Shown here: piece after piece, positions 17,766-24,111 of the stretch | Layout: each line of letters starts with the position of its first letter | Numbering within the stretch: position 1 is the first letter of the stretch | From: a virus | Taxonomy: Duplodnaviria > Caudoviricetes | DNA: 24,111 nucleotides | IMG/VR virus record: IMGVR_UViG_3300034684_000205 | Span: 1 to 24,111 of that record | Direction: 5' to 3' (one strand) | The notes under the pieces: generated by a model | Seen by the model: only the letters and a program-made list of their open reading frames with translations | Database searches by the model: none | What the model was told of the DNA's origin: nothing | Program-made: the position numbers and the translations under genes

Positions 17766-18123
17766 TTGACACCTCTTTCCATAATAATGTTAATCTTTCT
17801 GTAGGTGGGATATAAGAGTCACCTTTGTTAATGTTAGCTTTTATACTTGAGTCAACTTTCTCAACTTTTTTAGAATCATTAGAATCACAAACAATTTCAA
17901 TAGCTCTGTAAATTTGCTCTTCGTTTAATCCAAGCTTCCATAAAGCACCAGTAGCTACATAAATAATATCAACTAAAGCATCGATTTTATCTACTGGGTT
18001 TCTTGCAACAGTAAGCTCATTAACTTCCTCAAGCAGCAAATTACAAGTTAAATTGTGACTATACTCTTGCTCGTATCTGTTACTATTCCAATTAATTATC
18101 CTTTTGATTATAAGTGTATCCAT
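17758..18123 (-). CDS. All-alpha NTP pyrophosphatase (MazG / PRA-PH-like, dUTPase/dCTPase-type)
   Basis: EEVNE...DALVD metal-binding motif, 'V..SN.SK' and 'KG..Y.PP'. Confidence 0.85.
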   Translation of the reverse strand: MDTLIIKRIINWNSNRYEQEYSHNLTCNLLLEEVNELTVARNPVDKIDALVDIIYVATGALWKLGLNEEQIYRAIEIVCDSNDSKKVEKVDSSIKANINKGDSYIPPTERLTLLWKEVSNE

Positions 18124-18512
18124 AGTTCAACTCCTCTAATTTTATTTTGTAGCCTATAATTATTTAATAACCAATCTTTTTGCCATCTTTTGCCTTCAGT
18201 TAAAACTTGCTCACTTCTAACAATATACAACATAAATGGAGGGTATTCTTTAAAAGTTTTAATACCTAAATTAATGTGGTTTAGCATATAAATATCTTGC
18301 TCTTTAGTTAGTCTTGTAGTTATTTTCTTAATACTAGTAGGCAAATCATTATAGGTATTGTCACTACAAACTATATATTTGTCACACACTAAGTCAATTA
18401 AAAATTGTTTATCCCAATTAGGCCTATTTGGTAAATTACCTTCCTCATCAAGATAAAAATTATACGTATTATCTAGTAACACGCTACCAATTCCATTATA
18501 CAAATAGTTCAT
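18108..18512 (-). CDS. Highly divergent dihydrofolate reductase-like protein
   Basis: 'GNLPNRPNWDKQFL...IVCSDNTYNDLP' aligns by eye with DHFR 'N.MPW.LPADL.WF...VIMGRHTWESI', and 'MLYIVRS....EG' with 'LYLTHI....EGD'. It lies directly downstream of a TS-fold gene. Start at 18512 with RBS AAGGAG. Confidence 0.55.
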   Translation of the reverse strand: MNYLYNGIGSVLLDNTYNFYLDEEGNLPNRPNWDKQFLIDLVCDKYIVCSDNTYNDLPTSIKKITTRLTKEQDIYMLNHINLGIKTFKEYPPFMLYIVRSEQVLTEGKRWQKDWLLNNYRLQNKIRGVELWIHL

Positions 18513-19299
18513 ATTTGAAATCTCCTTTAGGTTCATAGTCAAATATTACAAGCAAGTCTTTAGTAAAAAATGTGCTAGATATACCTGGTAGTATATTAAG
18601 CATATAAGTAACAGGCTCAAACTTTGAACTATTAATTAGCTCTAATTGTTTAATTAAAGTTTTAACATGCTTTTGATAAATATGAGCATCACCTAACATA
18701 AAGATTATTTTCCTTGGTAATTTATTAGCAGCATTAGCAATAAGAGCTAATAATAGGCCAGCAGTTACAAAGTCTACAGATAAACCTAAAGCAACATCTG
18801 CACTTCTTTGATACCATATCATATCAACAAACTTATCTTCACAGTAGAATTGGTATAAAATATGACAGCAAGGCAGACTAAGCTTATTTAGCCTATCCGG
18901 GCGCCAACCAGAAATAATCATTCGTCTGTCTGTAGGATTTTCTTTAAGAGCCTTTTCAACTGCAAGTAACTGATTAACACCATTCCAGTCAAGCCAAGCA
19001 TTACCGTAATCTAATTCTAAATTTCCTTCAGCATCTCCATATTCAGTCCAATATTTGCAGCCTCTTGAAGTAAAATCCTCAACTTTTTTAGGCTTGTTAA
19101 GAAATGCTTCTAATTCACCTGCTGCAGATTTAAATGGTATTCGTCTACTTTGCATTATAGGGAAACCATTCATTGACATATCATAAGTGAAGGAATAGCC
19201 AAATATGCTAAAAACTTCACCATTTCTAACTTGCCTCTTATTACCAGTAGTTAGTATATGATTAGCTAAATCTTTAAAAGCATAGTCGATTAAAGTCAT
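18496..19299 (-). CDS. Thymidylate synthase-fold enzyme with Asn->Asp specificity substitution (predicted dCMP methylase/hydroxymethylase)
   Basis: TS motifs are present: R.G, EL, YG, NP.DRR, LPCCH (catalytic Cys), YQRSAD and GDAHIY. However, it reads LGLSVD where ThyA has LGLPFN. Confidence 0.9.
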   Translation of the reverse strand: MTLIDYAFKDLANHILTTGNKRQVRNGEVFSIFGYSFTYDMSMNGFPIMQSRRIPFKSAAGELEAFLNKPKKVEDFTSRGCKYWTEYGDAEGNLELDYGNAWLDWNGVNQLLAVEKALKENPTDRRMIISGWRPDRLNKLSLPCCHILYQFYCEDKFVDMIWYQRSADVALGLSVDFVTAGLLLALIANAANKLPRKIIFMLGDAHIYQKHVKTLIKQLELINSSKFEPVTYMLNILPGISSTFFTKDLLVIFDYEPKGDFKYELFV

Positions 19300-19553
19300 T
19301 GCTCTACCTCGTCATTGTCCTCGTCGTCATCTAATTCATCCAAATCATAACCATAAAATTCTAAATCGTCATAATCTAATACCTCATCATCAAGTAATGT
19401 TTGAATTTCTTTTTTAGTTAGATAACCATTTCTCAAATCCTTAATTGCCTTATCATACTCTTTTTTTCTACCACATAATGAGTCCGGCTCATTCCAATCA
19501 CCTGAGCATTCACCAAAATAATTCTCATATTTACATATTCCAGTATAACACAT
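19296..19553 (-). CDS. Small protein with 4-Cys N-terminus and highly acidic C-terminus
   Basis: RBS GGAGGTG and an ATGA overlap with the TS-fold gene. Cys at residues 2, 7, 16 and 27. 18 of the last 31 residues are D/E. Confidence 0.75.
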   Translation of the reverse strand: MCYTGICKYENYFGECSGDWNEPDSLCGRKKEYDKAIKDLRNGYLTKKEIQTLLDDEVLDYDDLEFYGYDLDELDDDEDNDEVEQ

Positions 19554-19563
19554 AAAACACCTC

Positions 19564-21195
19564 CTATAAATTTATTTCCCAAACAAACTTATCGCTTTCT
19601 ATATCACCCCAATTATAACCAACTCTAACATTAACAGGCATAGGTATATCTTTAGCTTTGACTCCAGTTCCATTAACTAATTCTTGCCAAGCTCTTTGCA
19701 TACATTCACCAACTTTCTTAGCCACTTCTTTATATTCAGCAGGCTTATCAGGGCCAGTTATATAAAAACTATCGTGGATATAATTATTTAATTCAAATTC
19801 AGAGCCTTGCAAAATCTCATCAATATATATTAAAGCTAATTTACTTATCTCTGCTCCAAAACCTTGATTCATAATATTTAATTGGTCCGTTAGTCGGGCA
19901 CCTAAATATTTTCTACCACAAGGAGTTGACCATAACTGCTGGTGTCTCCAAGCTGATTTACCTTGCTCCTGCCAAGCTGTTATACCTGAATATAAGTTAT
20001 GCCACTTTTGTTTCTTATCTCTTATCTCATCTTCAGTTAGCCATATGTTAGCATCCTTAATAAGCCTTGATTTAGCAACTCCAACACCTGCACCATATAA
20101 TAAACTAAAATTAAAAGTTTTAGCTATTTGTCTTTCTCGTTTCGTCCAGTCTTTACCAAATAATAGCTCAGCAGTATAACCGTGTAAATCTATACCTTCT
20201 TTAAATAATTGGCACATTATTTTATCTCCAGTTATTGCGGCTATTGTCCTTAACTCTAATTGAGAAAAGTCAGAATAAATAATAACATGCTCTTCAGGTG
20301 CTGAAAATAGTTTTTTCAAATTACGAGGAATTTGCTGTAAATTTTGGTCAAAACTAGCAAATCTACCTGAACGTGTTTTAGGTGAAAATTTACCATATAT
20401 TTTATTATCACTATCACAAGAATCTAAAAACTTTTGAATAAATGAGTTCTCTTTTAGCAATTTTCTAACTATTCTAACTTGCTCCGCTTTTTCATTACCT
20501 TGCAAAGCTAACTTAGCTAAAGCTAAATCATCAGATTCCTCACTTTCTATATAAGGTCTTACTTGGATATAACTATTAGGGTTAATTGGTAAATTGATTT
20601 TTTGGACTTTTTCTTTATTTAAAGATAGATATTCAAAACTTTTATTTATATCTAAATATAAACCATTATTTTGGAAATTTAATGCTATTTTTAACGTTCT
20701 AATATCTTGTTTATAAACAAATGAATCAGTAACAGTTTTACACTTTTCCCAAATTGGTGCTAAATAATAAGTATCTTTCTTTGCATACTCTATCTGCTCT
20801 TGTGAGTATAAGCCTTTTTTGAAAGATTTTTGCAAGTCTTTTTTATTACTTTCATAAGGATTAAAACCTAAAGCATATAAACAAACAGATTCTAAGTCAA
20901 AGTTTTCTTTTGCAGGCCACCTTAGCTTTGCTGCAATAAATGTGTCATCAAATTTATAAGGTATAAAATTAGTTTTAGTCTGCTTTTGCATTGTTGATAT
21001 GTCATAATGAATATTATGACCTATAATATATTTATCAAGCAAAAAACTAAGTAAATCATAAGAATTAGGTCTTTCTATAACTATTGCTTCAGGCCAACCT
21101 TTCTGATAAAATGAAGCTAATAATATTTCACCATATAAATCTTGAGTTTCTAAGTCAAAAAATAAAGGCTCTTCTTTATTGACATTTTCAATCAT
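19564..21195 (-). CDS. polA: Family A DNA polymerase with 3'-5' exonuclease, no 5'-3' exonuclease
   Basis: ExoI DLET, ExoII HN..YD, ExoIII YA..D, SGR, NLQQIPR, motif A DFSQLELR, motif B RQIAKTFNFSLLYG and motif C HDS. RBS AGGAGG. Confidence 0.95.
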   Translation of the reverse strand: MIENVNKEEPLFFDLETQDLYGEILLASFYQKGWPEAIVIERPNSYDLLSFLLDKYIIGHNIHYDISTMQKQTKTNFIPYKFDDTFIAAKLRWPAKENFDLESVCLYALGFNPYESNKKDLQKSFKKGLYSQEQIEYAKKDTYYLAPIWEKCKTVTDSFVYKQDIRTLKIALNFQNNGLYLDINKSFEYLSLNKEKVQKINLPINPNSYIQVRPYIESEESDDLALAKLALQGNEKAEQVRIVRKLLKENSFIQKFLDSCDSDNKIYGKFSPKTRSGRFASFDQNLQQIPRNLKKLFSAPEEHVIIYSDFSQLELRTIAAITGDKIMCQLFKEGIDLHGYTAELLFGKDWTKRERQIAKTFNFSLLYGAGVGVAKSRLIKDANIWLTEDEIRDKKQKWHNLYSGITAWQEQGKSAWRHQQLWSTPCGRKYLGARLTDQLNIMNQGFGAEISKLALIYIDEILQGSEFELNNYIHDSFYITGPDKPAEYKEVAKKVGECMQRAWQELVNGTGVKAKDIPMPVNVRVGYNWGDIESDKFVWEINL

Positions 21196-21217
21196 CGCAA
21201 CCTCCTAAAGTAGAGAA

Positions 21218-21235
21218 GAGAGGCTTAGGCCTCTC
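21218..21235 (-). terminator. Hairpin between ssb and polA, probable leaky terminator or mRNA stabiliser
   Basis: GAGAGGC-N4-GCCTCTC is a perfect 7-bp stem right after the ssb stop, followed on the - strand by TTCTCTACTTT and the polA RBS. Confidence 0.6.
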
Positions 21236-21236
21236 A

Positions 21237-21794
21237 TTAAATTTCTGGTAATGTATTTTCGTCAGGTGTTATAAAATCCTCTTCACCTGATGAGATATCA
21301 TCAAAATTATCACCGGGGTTATACTCAATAAATGTTTTTAACTGAATACCATTCAAGTACAAAGTAACCCCAGCTTGGCCTGCGGCTTCATAGATTCCCA
21401 TAAAGCCAGATATTCTACCAGTTGAACCATTTCCAATTTTCTTATCACCTAAATTAATTCTGTGCCCTTTGGCATTATAAATGTTTACTACTTTCTTTTC
21501 TCCGTTAGGAAATGTTGTGCTGGTTTTGAAAGTAAACAACGTTCTCCCAGTTTCATTTCCATCTGCGTCATATTCTGCTTTGAAGCCCAATGACTTAGGC
21601 TCTTTTTTACCTTTTTTGGGTTTATACTCTTCCCAAAAGTTGGTAATTTCCATTTTTAGCCCTTCTGCTTGCTCACCTTCAAGAGCAAGAGTTGCGACAT
21701 ATTGAAGTCGCCCTGATAAATCTTCTTTACCTTCGCCTGAATGTGTTACCCATAAAAGTTCTCCTACCGGAGTGATTACTTTTTCAAGTGCCAT
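21237..21794 (-). CDS. ssb: Single-stranded DNA-binding protein (T7 gp2.5 / DUF2815-like)
   Basis: TP.G.L.W, IGNGS.G and GVTLYLNGIQL motifs with an acidic C-terminal tail. Immediately upstream of polA, RBS AAGGAGG. Confidence 0.8.
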   Translation of the reverse strand: MALEKVITPVGELLWVTHSGEGKEDLSGRLQYVATLALEGEQAEGLKMEITNFWEEYKPKKGKKEPKSLGFKAEYDADGNETGRTLFTFKTSTTFPNGEKKVVNIYNAKGHRINLGDKKIGNGSTGRISGFMGIYEAAGQAGVTLYLNGIQLKTFIEYNPGDNFDDISSGEEDFITPDENTLPEI

Positions 21795-21812
21795 AATATA
21801 CCTCCTTTGTTT

Positions 21813-21865
21813 TTAGTCCAAATGGACTTATTTATTATAATATAATAATTTTTAAACTTTGTAAA
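21813..21865 (-). promoter_or_regulatory. Sigma70-like promoter for the ssb-polA operon with a small downstream inverted repeat
   Basis: On the - strand, TTTACA (21865-21860), a 17-bp spacer and TATTAT (21842-21837), with TATAAT overlapping 3 bp further on. AGTCC-N4-GGACT lies at 21815-21828 before the RBS. Confidence 0.6.
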
Positions 21866-21874
21866 TATAAAATT

Positions 21875-24082
21875 TCATTTTAATTCACCAAACTCTGTTC
21901 TGGTTTGTCTGTAATATTGCTCTAACCCATCTATTATATAGTAGAATATATTAACAGACTTATGTGTAGTATGGTACCTTTTAAAACCTACATCTTTAAG
22001 TGCTTTGACTAATACTCTAACAGAGCCTTGACCTTCAGTTAAATGATTATATAACTCAGCTAAAGGGTCATGCATAAGTCGGCCATTCTGCCAACCTGTA
22101 TCATAATCAGCTATATTATAATCTTTAAATAATTGGTCTAGCTCTTCAAATTTTTGCTGTGTAATTAGGTGTACTAACAGTTTATACGCTGGTTGGGAGT
22201 CTAAAACTATCTTTTGTTTCTGCGCTGTTTCAGGAGCAATCATATACTCATTCGATGATAAGTTTTCAACATTTGTAGCTAACCAATAACAAAAATCAGT
22301 TAGCTCTTCTTTTAAACTGCTAACAAATTGAGATATATCACTCACAAACGGTTGCCTATCTAATCTGTTAGGAGTTAAGAAAAAAGCAATTCGTCTATCC
22401 TCAATCTCGAGTGGCAATGGGTTATTATTAGCTGTTAGCACAAATGTGCAACTATGCCAATAATTAAAACCATCCTGTCTCATCGCCCTTATTTGTATTT
22501 GTGGCGAGCCTGAGTAAGATTTCAATTTTCCAAGAACTATATTACGTTCTGCATTAGAAGTTAGTTTATTACCATACTCATCTAATTGCACCAGAAACTT
22601 ATCCATTAACCAGCCATTATACTGTTCACAAAATACTTTAGTATCAGGCTTAGCAGTATATTCAATGCCTATTATATCAGTTAATAAGCTAAATAATGTA
22701 TCTTTACCTGAACCTTGCGCACCTATAAAATATAATATTATAGGGCTATATTTAAATGTTGTGAATTTAGTCCGTATAAATCGTAAAAGCCATAGCCTAT
22801 CTTTATCATTAGGCACAAGAGATTTGAGAAATTTAATTGTGTTTACCGGCTCTTTATAGTTATCCTTATGTAATGATGGGTTATTCAGTATTTCAAGATA
22901 ATAAGACCTTCTAAACAAATTAAACTGGGCATTCTCGAGGTGCCCAAATTCTCTTGTTGGCTCTATAACAGAATTAATTATTGACTTATACTTATCATAT
23001 TGCTCTTCTGTTAGTTTCCGCCCAGTTAATGCTTTAATTGTGCTAATACAAACACGTTTTTCTGTAAAAGCTTTAGTGTAGTTTTTAGTATAATTAATAA
23101 GGTAAAATATACCTTTTTGGTCGTCAAAAAATGACTCAATGAAGTCTCCATTAAGTGCAGTAGCCACAAAGCCAATTTGCTGCCAATATTCATCATAAGT
23201 CCAAATAGCTTCACCATTTATTTTAGCTTGCCCAGTTAGCATTGGTTTAATTATAGTAGCCTCTAAACGATGAGCAGGCATAGGATTTTCCCAAAGCTGA
23301 TTAATAAGTTTAATAGCTTTAGTATATAAATCCTCGTCAATGCTTGGGTCTGCACCAAGTATAGCACTTACCTGTGATAAATAGGCAGAGCCTTGACCCA
23401 TTGGTATTTCATTAGGATGCAGGTGGCCTATCTTTTTATAAGTAGAATGCTCCCTAAATTGTTTAGGTGTAATTATCTTAAACAATGCTGGAATATACTC
23501 TTTACTTTCCACAAATTCAATAACTAATGGAGCTAACCTATAATTAGTTGTGATTCGCTTATTAAGTGACACAGTTTGTCCAGCCATTGTTTTAGTTGTA
23601 GCTAACAATTTTAACAAAGCAACTACAGACTCAGGAGCTTCTTTTAATTCTGGGCAATTTTTAATATTATAATCCCAAGGATGCTTTGTTTGATTAGCTT
23701 TTGTTGGCAAATATATAAATCCACCATCAGAAAAGAAATCTAACCCTTCAGCTCTAAAACTTGGAATTCCTTCAATATATTTATATATTATAGTGCCACA
23801 CTCTTCACCTTTTCCTTTTGACCTGAATACAAATTCATAATTAGCATCAAGTGACCTAAACAAGTTCCAAGTTTTCTCTGTGTCACAATCTATTGCCACA
23901 ATTCCAGAGACTTTCCCAGTCATAGCTCCGCCAATGGGAGTAATTTTTGTATTGAAATTTTCAGTATAAATTTTATTCCAATTTTTTGGGAACAGCGGTA
24001 TTGTCTTTTTACCATCCTCTAATCGGCGGAGCTCTCCTTCAAGCGGAACAGTGTGCCAGCCCAAGTCAATAAATAACTTCAT
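21875..24082 (-). CDS. Bifunctional Prim-Pol (AEP) primase fused to SF3 helicase (NrS-1 / DUF5906-like)
   Basis: N-terminal GW..VPL, TG..SGIVAIDCD and GLD....GFI.LP. C-terminal Walker A GAQGSGKD, Walker B QLDE, motif C VLTAN and EDRR. RBS AGGAG. Confidence 0.88.
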   Translation of the reverse strand: MKLFIDLGWHTVPLEGELRRLEDGKKTIPLFPKNWNKIYTENFNTKITPIGGAMTGKVSGIVAIDCDTEKTWNLFRSLDANYEFVFRSKGKGEECGTIIYKYIEGIPSFRAEGLDFFSDGGFIYLPTKANQTKHPWDYNIKNCPELKEAPESVVALLKLLATTKTMAGQTVSLNKRITTNYRLAPLVIEFVESKEYIPALFKIITPKQFREHSTYKKIGHLHPNEIPMGQGSAYLSQVSAILGADPSIDEDLYTKAIKLINQLWENPMPAHRLEATIIKPMLTGQAKINGEAIWTYDEYWQQIGFVATALNGDFIESFFDDQKGIFYLINYTKNYTKAFTEKRVCISTIKALTGRKLTEEQYDKYKSIINSVIEPTREFGHLENAQFNLFRRSYYLEILNNPSLHKDNYKEPVNTIKFLKSLVPNDKDRLWLLRFIRTKFTTFKYSPIILYFIGAQGSGKDTLFSLLTDIIGIEYTAKPDTKVFCEQYNGWLMDKFLVQLDEYGNKLTSNAERNIVLGKLKSYSGSPQIQIRAMRQDGFNYWHSCTFVLTANNNPLPLEIEDRRIAFFLTPNRLDRQPFVSDISQFVSSLKEELTDFCYWLATNVENLSSNEYMIAPETAQKQKIVLDSQPAYKLLVHLITQQKFEELDQLFKDYNIADYDTGWQNGRLMHDPLAELYNHLTEGQGSVRVLVKALKDVGFKRYHTTHKSVNIFYYIIDGLEQYYRQTRTEFGELK

Positions 24083-24111
24083 TGTTAGCTCCTATTGTTA
24101 TTTTTTTCTCC

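Noticed and set aside
17130-18123. dZ (2-aminoadenine) genome pathway suggested by DUF5664 and MazG-like genes
   Set aside because: No PurZ (adenylosuccinate synthetase-like) or HD-domain DatZ gene lies in the window, and the neighbouring genes point to pyrimidine chemistry.
15683-23217. Short ORFs nested in the replication arm (15683-15883, 17431-17628, 21481-21705, 22665-22859, 23026-23217)
   Set aside because: They are fully nested in motif-supported genes and have no independent coding evidence.
2797-24082. Low CG dinucleotide frequency as proof of cytosine methylation
   Set aside because: It can be explained by AT-rich codon usage (AGA for Arg, A/T third positions). Whole-genome m5C substitution would not be CpG-specific in any case.

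Overview
An AT-rich, gene-dense segment of a tailed dsDNA phage genome with podovirus-like (P22/APSE-type) gene content. No integrase, terminase or major capsid gene is visible, and the host cannot be assigned. Two arms converge on a GC-rich hairpin at 13520-13540. The + strand (1-13519) carries a 5'-truncated tail fibre and its chaperone, a lysis cassette (3TM holin, coiled-coil membrane protein, M15 peptidase endolysin), tail proteins, a GNAT, ejection-type proteins and a P22-like portal placed unusually among them. The - strand (13530-24082) carries a replication and nucleotide-metabolism arm: Prim-Pol/SF3 helicase, SSB, compact PolA, a small Cys/acidic protein, a thymidylate-synthase-fold enzyme, a divergent DHFR-like protein, an NTP pyrophosphatase, a dCMP deaminase fused to DUF5664, a Cas4-like nuclease, an SNF2-like helicase, an ATP ligase and VRR-NUC. 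The most striking signal is that the 'ThyA' has Asp at the position of the dUMP-specifying Asn (E. coli N177), which predicts a dCMP-modifying enzyme. With its overlapping neighbours this suggests either 5-methylcytosine substitution of the genome or a uracil-free dCMP -> m5dCMP -> dTMP route. GATC also appears to be purged from the window. All product calls come from motif recognition by eye, not from database searches.
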